Shown: in pieces, positions 9,160-15,808 of the stretch
Layout: every line of letters begins with the position of its first letter
How positions within the stretch are numbered: position 1 is the stretch's first letter
Origin: Mycolicibacterium smegmatis
Lineage (GTDB): Bacteria; Actinomycetota; Actinomycetes; Mycobacteriales; Mycobacteriaceae
Direction: 5' to 3'
DNA length: 32,000 nucleotides
Assembly: GCF_001457595.1 (NCBI RefSeq)
Contig: NZ_LN831039.1
Span: 540,001 to 572,000, forward strand
Notes under the pieces: generated by a model
Seen by the model: only the letters and a program-made list of their open reading frames with translations
Told to the model about the DNA's origin: nothing
Database searches by the model: none
Made by a program: the position numbers and the translations under genes

Positions 9160-9327
9160 TCAGCGGCCGTTGCCGAAGACGGGCTGGACGGCGCCGACGG
9201 TGGCCTGCTGCTGTGTGCTGTGGACCCAGTCGTGGTGGGCGGAGTCCGCCTGTGCCGGTGCGGCCAGGGCGAAGATGGCGGCGGCGAAGCCGGTGGCGAT
9301 GGTGGTGGCGAATCCGAACTTCTTCAT
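9160..9327 (-). CDS. Small secreted mini-protein, copy 1 (55 aa)
   Basis: Manual translation: MKKFGFATTIATGFAAAIFALAAPAQADSAHHDWVHSTQQQATVGAVQPVFGNGR*. Sec-type signal peptide with probable AQA|D cleavage; GAAAGG RBS-like sequence upstream; 45/55 residues identical to the neighbouring paralogue. Confidence 0.88.
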   Translation of the reverse strand: MKKFGFATTIATGFAAAIFALAAPAQADSAHHDWVHSTQQQATVGAVQPVFGNGR

Positions 9328-9482
9328 GATTCGAGCCTTTCTGTGTCGGTGTTTCCTACCCGGTTGCCTGTCACAACGAGGCCAGGTGCTCGGTAATTTC
9401 CGCTGGCAGTGATTGACCGCCAGATGGCAGCAACTGGTCGCTGCGCTGTGACCGCGCTCTCAAAACCATTGGCAGAAACGAA

Positions 9483-9512
9483 AAGAGGGGCACCCGCATG
9501 GGTGCCCCTCTT
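9483..9512 (-). terminator. Perfect 13-bp stem/4-nt loop hairpin downstream of the second mini-protein gene
   Basis: AAGAGGGGCACCC-GCAT-GGGTGCCCCTCTT, same arm sequence as the 9113-9147 hairpin. Confidence 0.82.
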
Positions 9513-9525
9513 GTGTCGCTGTGTG

Positions 9526-9693
9526 TCAGCGGCCGTTGCCGAAGACCGGCTGGACGCTGCCGACGGTGGCGTGCTGCTGGGTGTTGTGGACCCAGTCGTG
9601 GTGGGAGATATCGGCCTGGGCCGGCGCGGCCAGTCCGAAGACGGCGGCGGGGAAACCGGTGGCGATGGCGCTTGCGAATCCGAACTTCTTCAT
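9526..9693 (-). CDS. Small secreted mini-protein, copy 2 (55 aa)
   Basis: Manual translation: MKKFGFASAIATGFPAAVFGLAAPAQADISHHDWVHNTQQHATVGSVQPVFGNGR*; same signal peptide, motif and C-terminus as copy 1. Confidence 0.88.
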   Translation of the reverse strand: MKKFGFASAIATGFPAAVFGLAAPAQADISHHDWVHNTQQHATVGSVQPVFGNGR

Positions 9694-9799
9694 GGTCCGA
9701 ACCTTTCTGTGTCGGTGTTCCTACCCTGTTGACACCCACAACCGAGGCCCGCGCCGGCAAATTTCTGATGGCAGTGATTGACCGCAGGATGGCAGCAAT

Positions 9800-11374
9800 T
9801 CACCGATCGACGGTCAGCGCCACCAGCCCATAGGCCACCGCGAACCGATGGCTCAGCCGGCCGCACACGTTGCCGCGCCCCACCGTGACATGGTGGCCGA
9901 GTTGCTCGCTGACCGCCCGCACGAGCTCGTCATCGCTCGCGCCGCCGCCCACGAGCAGCACCCCTGCGGCCCCGGGTGCCACCTGCGCGATGCCCCGCAT
10001 CACATTGGTGCCGATCACCAGGCGTTTTGCGGCATGCCGCCAACTGCGCCATTCCGCACCCGAGAGCCTCGACGTGAAGGGGAGCAGTCCACTGGGCGCG
10101 GTCGTCAGCAACCAGCCCGTGCACCGGCCGTCGATGGGCCGGTCGAGGAACCGCCGTCTGCCGTGTTCGTCCTCAACGAGTTGGGCGGTGACCGCGGTCA
10201 CCGCCTCGGCGCGTTTCGCGTACTCCGCGGCGCTCCGCGAGATCTCCAGCGCCGTGGCTGTCGCGGTGGTCAGCAACTGCCCGGCTCCGGGCAGCACGAC
10301 GCGGGCACCGTCGGCGACCACGTCGACGGTGCCGCCGCCGACATCCACCACGACGACATCGGGGGTGACCCCGGGCGTGGTGAGTGCGCCCACGCGCGCC
10401 GCGGCCGCCTCCGAGTCGACCCGCGTGACCGGGACCCCAACGGCCTCTGCGAGTGCATCGGCGTCGGCCGGTGGGTCGGCGTCACCGCCCATCGTGGCCA
10501 GCACAAGGTTGTCCACCACCACCGAGCCGCGGCGTGAGTTCGCCTGTGCGGCAATCTCAGTCAGATCCACGACATGGGTGCGGTCGGATTCTTCGGGGGC
10601 AGGGACGCCAGATGGAGACGAGGTTGCGTCGACGGCCGCGGAATCGCTCAGGCACACCACGGCACACGCGCTGTCGTAGAGCAGGTCCGCCACCACTCGG
10701 GCGTCGACGCGTTCGTCGCCGTCCAGCGTGAAGGTGTCGGTGAGCCAGAAGGGATCGGTCAGCCGCTGCAGCGGTGTCGGACCTTGGCGCACCTCGACGG
10801 CGACCAGCGTCGTCGACAGCACCTGCGGCACGTCGACGTCGTCGACCACGGGCACCGGCGCGCGCAACCGGTTGGACACGAGCACCGCTTCGTCGTTCTC
10901 GGTGAGCACGGCGACCACGTTCGTGCCCGCCTCGACAGCCGCGTTCACCAGGCCGGCGACGTCGCGGTAGCCCCACTGCCGGGTCGCGCACGCGACCACC
11001 GGGCGGTCCGGACCGGCGACGGCGAGCTGCTCGACCGGTACCGGCGTGCCGACGCCGGCGCCGTCACCAGCGGTGGTCGCCGCGGCCCGCGTGACGATGG
11101 CGAGTCGTCCGGTGCGGCGCGACTGCAGCAGAACGCGTTCCACCGTCGAGTGCACGGGTGGGGTCGGCGCGAACGCGGCCCGGTCGATCACCAGCCCGTG
11201 GGCGTCCGCGAGGCGGCGGGCCAGTTGCGCGGCCCCGTGAACGGCGCGAAGCGATCCCTTGCCGCCACGCGTGGGGGTGCGTGCACTCGCGAGCACGTCG
11301 AGTCCGGTGTCTCCTCCGCACAGCACGACCTCGGTGGTGGCGTTCCCGATGTCGACGCCCGCCCAGACGGTCAC
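9800..11374 (-). CDS. Diol/glycerol dehydratase reactivase, large (ATPase) subunit, DdrA-like
   Basis: 524 aa: VWAGVDIGNATTEVVL, EEVRQ-like region, TPDVVVVDVGGGTVDVVA, GVLLVGGGASDDELVRAVSEQLG; ASKHA fold; ATGA overlap with the small subunit gene. Confidence 0.9.
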   Translation of the reverse strand: MTVWAGVDIGNATTEVVLCGGDTGLDVLASARTPTRGGKGSLRAVHGAAQLARRLADAHGLVIDRAAFAPTPPVHSTVERVLLQSRRTGRLAIVTRAAATTAGDGAGVGTPVPVEQLAVAGPDRPVVACATRQWGYRDVAGLVNAAVEAGTNVVAVLTENDEAVLVSNRLRAPVPVVDDVDVPQVLSTTLVAVEVRQGPTPLQRLTDPFWLTDTFTLDGDERVDARVVADLLYDSACAVVCLSDSAAVDATSSPSGVPAPEESDRTHVVDLTEIAAQANSRRGSVVVDNLVLATMGGDADPPADADALAEAVGVPVTRVDSEAAAARVGALTTPGVTPDVVVVDVGGGTVDVVADGARVVLPGAGQLLTTATATALEISRSAAEYAKRAEAVTAVTAQLVEDEHGRRRFLDRPIDGRCTGWLLTTAPSGLLPFTSRLSGAEWRSWRHAAKRLVIGTNVMRGIAQVAPGAAGVLLVGGGASDDELVRAVSEQLGHHVTVGRGNVCGRLSHRFAVAYGLVALTVDR

Positions 11375-11730
11375 CGCAGCAGGCCGCGCCGCCGGTAGGC
11401 CGCGGCCGCCTCACGGACCAACTGGGCACACGTGTGCGCCTCCTGCGCGGCGAGGCGCTGTGCGAGCGCTTCGAGTTCGGAGAAGGTGGAGCGTCCCGGC
11501 CGCAGCGCCTCGTATGCCGCCAGCATGTCGTCAGAGCTCAGCGCGGTCAGTTCGGCCGCGCGCCGAAGATTGAGGCCCAGTTGCTCCGACCCGGTGCGTT
11601 CGGCGGCCTCGGCCTGGGAGATCAGGGTGTCCCGGCTGATCCGGATGTCGTCGAGGGTCAGGTCGCCGCCGCGGGCGGCCTCGACCGTCACCTCGTCGAT
11701 GCTGCGGCCGGAGTGTGAGGTGATGGTCAT
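11371..11730 (-). CDS. B12-dependent diol/glycerol dehydratase small subunit
   Basis: 119 aa: LTLDDIRISRDTLISQAEAAERTGSEQLGLNLRRAAELTALSSDDMLAAYEALRPGRSTFSELEALAQRL...CAQLVREAAAAYRRRGLLR, typical of PduE/DhaE. Confidence 0.93.
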   Translation of the reverse strand: MTITSHSGRSIDEVTVEAARGGDLTLDDIRISRDTLISQAEAAERTGSEQLGLNLRRAAELTALSSDDMLAAYEALRPGRSTFSELEALAQRLAAQEAHTCAQLVREAAAAYRRRGLLR

Positions 11731-13991
11731 CGGGTGATCTCCAGTTCGACGTTTCCGGTTTCGCGGCGCTCGGACTCCTCACGTTCGATGGCAACCATCG
11801 ACACCACCTTGGTGTGGTAGCGGGCGGTGATCGCCTCGTCGGTGTAGGCGTTGCGCATGGGTGACGGTGTCGCGCCTTTGGCGTGCCTGCCGGCGTTGAT
11901 ACCGATCAACCGGTACATCTCGGGCGTGATGAGCGGTGCGACGCTGAGCAATTCGAGGTTGGCCAGCGGCGGGAGATCACGACGGTGGATCAGCGTGGTG
12001 CCCTTGGCCTGCAGGCCCACCCCGATGCCGGAGCCGGAGAGCTGCGCCGCCGACTTGCCGATCGCACCGAGGTCGATGCTGTCGGTGATCCGCACCAGGC
12101 GCGGCACGCAGTGTTCTTCCTCCAGGCCGGCCAGGATCTGCTCAAGCACGTCGTAGATGGTCATCCCGGACAGAGTGCGAAACAGCTTGGTGCCGAACGC
12201 CGGTGACACCCCGATGACGACCTCGCGCGGATCCTCGCCGACCGTGGCGGCACCCAGAACCCTCAATCGGTCAGGTTGCGCGGAGGTGGCCTGCTCCTTG
12301 ACCAGGTCGGCCACCGATCGTGCCTGGCGCACGGCGTCGATCTGCGCCTGACGCTCCGGCGTCGGCCGGTATCCGGTTCCTGGGCCCCGGTAGTCGTTGG
12401 GATCGTGCAGCGCCGACAGCACATTCATCTCTTCGTCGAATATCGCGGCGGTCTGCAGGTAGTCACCGGTGACGCGGGCCCGGGCCATGCCGAGCACCCG
12501 GTCGGCGATGTGGGTGAACCCGGTCTCGGCGAGTGCGGACACGATGTCGAGCACCGTGAGCCCGGACTGGTCGATCATCCGGGCGGCGCTGAGCACCTTC
12601 ACCCCGTCGTCCTGCGGAAGGTCCTTCGAACCTTCGGCTCCCACAACGGCTTCCACGTGGTCGTCGTCGAAATCGGCCAGGCCGAGGTACTCGAACACCG
12701 CGCGGGTGGCCTCGGCAGCCTCGCGGCGCATCGACTCCAGGGTGGTCGGATCCACCGACCGCAGACCGCCGTCGACGCCCCAGTCGCGCTGCAGCACGAG
12801 GTAGTCGTCGAGGTCGGCGGCGTTGAAGTTGGACGGGCCGAACATGTTGTCGTAGGACACGACCGAGCCGAACCCGGAGAAGATGAAGTCCGAACCCGAC
12901 AGCAGTGTCGGCAACGTCCGGCTGGTGCGGCGCATGGTCGACTCGCTCATCAACGAGTCGTTGCCACTGCAGGATTCGAGCCCGCGCAGCATCACCATGA
13001 GGTTCTCGGCGTGGAGTTCCTTGACGCCGCCGGGTACGGACGCGGTGATCGCCGCCCCGTCGACGCCGCCGTTCTGCACGCCCTGGGCACCGATGCCCCT
13101 GGCCAGCGCCACGCAGCGGGCCTCCAGGTAGTTCATCGACTTGCCCTCGGCCTGTCCCATGAGCACCTCGGAGCCTGCGCCGCTGGACAACCGCATCTTG
13201 ATTCCGCGCGAGGCGTAGCACGAGGTGAGGAACGCCTTGGACCACGGCGTGTCGTCGCCATCGGTGAAGACCTGCTCGGTGCCGTAGACCGACACCGTCT
13301 CGGCGTACGAGACCAGGCCGCGCACACCCAGTTCCAGTTCGCGAGCCTCCTCCACGGAGCACTGCGTCAGCGCGCCGGGGGCGGGCACCTGCGAGCCGAT
13401 CAACAGGCCGACGGCGACCGCAGGGGCGTCGTCCAGCACGGGCACGGTGGCCTCGAGTTCGCGGAAGCCGTACACCACCGCGGTGGCGGCGTCGGCCGCG
13501 ATCAGCAGTGGGTCGTCGAGGCGGTTGGTGACGTGGGCCTGGTTGGCGGGCGTGCGCCGGGCACGCATCTTCATCATCGCCATCTGGATCTCGACGGGCT
13601 GCAGGCTCGCGACGACGCGGGCCATCTTGGCAGGGGTCAGCCCCGAGCACACCCGCAGGATCTCCTCACGCGGCCGGCCCGGGTCCACGATCATCCGGGC
13701 CAGGTCCAGGTCGGTCATCGCCATCGAACGCGGCGCCTGCTCGTGGTCGATGGCGTATTTCACGATGAACTCGTCGATCGTGTCGAAGTCTTCGGCCGGT
13801 TTCGAGTCCATCTCCAGCACCGTGCCGTCGTCGGCCACCACCCAGGACGGCTCCGGGTCGTTGGGCGAGAGATGCGAGATCATCCCGAGTTCGGCGTCCA
13901 CGTCGGCGAACCCGTCGAGATTGACGCGCTGCCGATCCAGCAGACGGATGCGTCCCAACCTGCTGTCGACCTCGGTGCTGTTCAGGTGCAT
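11727..13991 (-). CDS. B12-dependent diol/glycerol dehydratase, fused large + medium subunits
   Basis: Start MHLNSTEVDSRLGRIRLLDRQRVNLDGF at 13991 (754 aa). Large-subunit signatures TPWSKAFLTSCYASRGIKMRLSSGAGSEVLMG, GVQNGGVDGAAITASVPGG, GLESCSGNDSLMSES. They continue without a stop into medium-subunit signatures EVVIGVSPAFGTKLFRTLSGMTIYDVLEQILAGLEEEHCVPRLVRITDSIDLGAIGKSAAQLSGSGIGVGLQAKGTTLIHRRDLPPLANLELLSVAPLIT. Confidence 0.95.
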   Translation of the reverse strand: MHLNSTEVDSRLGRIRLLDRQRVNLDGFADVDAELGMISHLSPNDPEPSWVVADDGTVLEMDSKPAEDFDTIDEFIVKYAIDHEQAPRSMAMTDLDLARMIVDPGRPREEILRVCSGLTPAKMARVVASLQPVEIQMAMMKMRARRTPANQAHVTNRLDDPLLIAADAATAVVYGFRELEATVPVLDDAPAVAVGLLIGSQVPAPGALTQCSVEEARELELGVRGLVSYAETVSVYGTEQVFTDGDDTPWSKAFLTSCYASRGIKMRLSSGAGSEVLMGQAEGKSMNYLEARCVALARGIGAQGVQNGGVDGAAITASVPGGVKELHAENLMVMLRGLESCSGNDSLMSESTMRRTSRTLPTLLSGSDFIFSGFGSVVSYDNMFGPSNFNAADLDDYLVLQRDWGVDGGLRSVDPTTLESMRREAAEATRAVFEYLGLADFDDDHVEAVVGAEGSKDLPQDDGVKVLSAARMIDQSGLTVLDIVSALAETGFTHIADRVLGMARARVTGDYLQTAAIFDEEMNVLSALHDPNDYRGPGTGYRPTPERQAQIDAVRQARSVADLVKEQATSAQPDRLRVLGAATVGEDPREVVIGVSPAFGTKLFRTLSGMTIYDVLEQILAGLEEEHCVPRLVRITDSIDLGAIGKSAAQLSGSGIGVGLQAKGTTLIHRRDLPPLANLELLSVAPLITPEMYRLIGINAGRHAKGATPSPMRNAYTDEAITARYHTKVVSMVAIEREESERRETGNVELEITR

Positions 13992-14076
13992 GGCAACTGC
14001 CGTACCTCTCTTGTTGCGTGACCGAGCCAGCATCGACGGGAACACGCGCCTCCGACAATGGCGGGCGGGCAGCTTC

Positions 14077-14141
14077 CAACAACCTGTTGAGCGGCCGTCC
14101 GGGCGGGCCGGTTCGGTCGCGACATCTTCAACAAGATGTTG
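14077..14141. promoter_or_regulatory. Two CAACA-N3-TGTTG palindromes (14077-14089 and 14129-14141)
   Basis: TTCCAACAACCTGTTGAG, and TTCAACAAGATGTTGGAA which reads TTCCAACATCTTGTTGAA on the other strand. The shared motif is TTCCAACA-N-C/T-TGTTGA in opposite orientations, centres 52 bp apart, between divergent dehydratase and permease genes. Confidence 0.6.
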
Positions 14142-14247
14142 GAAACCGGCGTTCTCCTCTGGCCGCAGCGGCGTTTCTTCTCGCAAGATTTCCCGGAATC
14201 TGACGGGGCCGCCGATCGCGGTCCCGCTGGCACAGGAGGACCAACCC

Positions 14248-15675
14248 ATGTCTGAGGTCGTCGACGACCGGCCCGGAAGCGATGCGCCGCCGGGTAGCGA
14301 GAAACTTCGCGGGAATCTCGGTATCCCCGCCATCGTCCTGATGGTCGTGGCGGCCGCGGCGCCGCTGTCGACCATCGGCGGCAACGTGCCGATCGGTATG
14401 GCGCTGGGCGACACCACCGGCATCCCGGTCGCGTTCGTCGTCGCGGGCGTGATCTTCCTGCTCTTCTCGGCGAGCTTCGTGGCCATGTCGAAGTACGTGA
14501 CCGATGCCGGCGCCTTCTACGCCTACATCCAGCGCGGTCTCGGGCGGGCCGCCGGCACCGGCGCGGCTGTGCTCGCACTGCCGGCCTACATGTGCACGTT
14601 GCTCGGCGTCTCGGCGTACGACGGTGTGATTCTCGGCGGTCTGATCGAGCGTTTCGGCGGGCCGCAGATCCCGTGGTGGATCCTGACTGCACTCGTGCTC
14701 GCGGCCGTCGCGTGGCTCGGCTACCGCGACATCGACCTGAGCGCGAAGGTGCTCGGCGTCTTCCTGGTCTCCGAAGTGGCGATCCTGGTGGTTCTCGACC
14801 TGGTCATCGTCCTGCGTGGCGGCGAGCAGGGCATCACCGGTGACTCCTTCACCCCGCAGGGTCTCGCCGGTGGCGTCGGTATCGCCCTGCTGTACGCGCT
14901 GTGGGGCTTTGTCGGTGTCGAGGCGACGTCGGTGTTCCGGGACGAGGCCAAGGACCCCGACCGCACCGTGCCCCGCGCGACCTACTGGGCCGTCGGCATC
15001 GTCGCCAGCTTCTACGCCTTTTCGAGTTGGGCCCTCATCGAGGGCAACGGCGGCCACGACGCCATCCAGGTGGCCAAGGACGACCCAGACAACTTCATGG
15101 TGAACACCGCTCAGCAATACCTCGGCATGCTGGGCCGCGACCTCACCACGCTCTTCTGGTTCGTCAGTGTGTTCGCCTGCGCCCTGGCCTTCCACAACAT
15201 CACCGCGCGGTACGCGTTCGTCCTGGGGCAGAACAACGTCTTCCCCAAGCAACTCGGCAAGGTCCACCACCGCTTCGGCGCCCCGTCCAACGCGTCGTTG
15301 GCGGTCACCGTGGCGTCCTTCGTGATCATGGCCTTCCTGGCCGGGCTGGGTCTGGACCCGGTTCTGCAGATCTTCGGTCCGCTCGGCGGCGTGGGTGTTC
15401 TCGCGCTGGCCATCCTGTGGCTGCTGACGACGATCTCTGTGGTCATCTTCTTCCGCCGTCGCGGCGGCGCGACCCGCATCGTCGTGCTGGCCTCGGCCGC
15501 CACGCTCGCGCTGGGCGCGGGCCTGGTGCTGATCGTGTCGAACCTCCCTCTGGTGGTCGGTGGTAGCCCGACTCTCGCCGTGATCCTCGGCATCGCGCCT
15601 GTGGTGGTGTTCGGCATCGGTATGGTGCTGAGCCGACGGGCCACGGGAACGCTTTCCGAAGCGAAATCCGAGTAG
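14248..15675 (+). CDS. APC superfamily amino acid/amine permease
   Basis: Start ATG 14248 after AGGAGGA: LRGNLGIPAIVLMVVAAAAPLSTIGGNVPIGMALGDTTGIPVAFVVAGVIFLLFSASFVAMSKYVTDAGAFYAYIQRGLGRAAGTGAAVLALPAYM...GFVGVEATSVFRDEAKDPDRTVPRATYWAV. Confidence 0.93.
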   Translation: MSEVVDDRPGSDAPPGSEKLRGNLGIPAIVLMVVAAAAPLSTIGGNVPIGMALGDTTGIPVAFVVAGVIFLLFSASFVAMSKYVTDAGAFYAYIQRGLGRAAGTGAAVLALPAYMCTLLGVSAYDGVILGGLIERFGGPQIPWWILTALVLAAVAWLGYRDIDLSAKVLGVFLVSEVAILVVLDLVIVLRGGEQGITGDSFTPQGLAGGVGIALLYALWGFVGVEATSVFRDEAKDPDRTVPRATYWAVGIVASFYAFSSWALIEGNGGHDAIQVAKDDPDNFMVNTAQQYLGMLGRDLTTLFWFVSVFACALAFHNITARYAFVLGQNNVFPKQLGKVHHRFGAPSNASLAVTVASFVIMAFLAGLGLDPVLQIFGPLGGVGVLALAILWLLTTISVVIFFRRRGGATRIVVLASAATLALGAGLVLIVSNLPLVVGGSPTLAVILGIAPVVVFGIGMVLSRRATGTLSEAKSE

Positions 15676-15698
15676 AACGAGCGGACCGCTCGCAAATC

Positions 15699-15752
15699 GC
15701 CGCAAAGGGCGCTGATACCGTCGGACCAGGCGGCGTCAGCGCCCTTCGCGGC
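15699..15752. terminator. Long inverted repeat (17-bp arms, 16/17 complementary, 20-nt loop) between the permease and regulator genes
   Basis: GCCGCAAAGGGCGCTGA (15699-15715) and TCAGCGCCCTTCGCGGC (15736-15752). Confidence 0.6.
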
Positions 15753-15808
15753 TCCTCCGGCAACTGGGTGGCGACGCACGCCGAACCGATCACGGAGTGA
15801 GGAATGAG

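Larger units (their letters stand above)
9113..9798. repeat. Tandem duplication with ~366-bp period (leader + mini-protein gene + hairpin)
   Basis: Start codons 366 bp apart (9327/9693), stop codons 366 bp apart (9160/9526), 30-nt leader element TGGCAGTGATTGACCG(CCAG/CAGG)ATGGCAGCAA at 9404-9433 and 9769-9798, and hairpin centres ~367 bp apart. Confidence 0.9.

Noticed and set aside
9371-9760. 129-aa ORF overlapping the mini-protein region
   Set aside because: Arg-rich frame overlapping the better supported 55-codon gene. It has no signal or domain, and the duplication does not preserve it as a paired ORF.
12276-14021. 581-aa ORF on the plus strand, antisense to the dehydratase
   Set aside because: Arg/His/Gly/Val-rich composition with no recognisable domain, lying entirely opposite a strongly conserved gene. 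Typical spurious antisense ORF in high-GC DNA.
13992-14247. Possible cobalamin riboswitch ahead of the B12-dependent dehydratase
   Set aside because: I looked on the minus strand for a B12-box-like GCCACTG segment and the usual pairing arms and saw none. The region is better explained by the CAACA-N3-TGTTG palindromes. An Infernal scan with the Rfam Cobalamin model would settle it.
14128-15705. 525-aa minus-strand ORF antisense to the APC permease, plus similar long antisense ORFs at 15443-16822, 22766-23962, 28412-29626 and 30541-31929
   Set aside because: Low-complexity composition (runs of R, H, D, G), opposite well-supported genes. Long because stop codons are rare in this frame.
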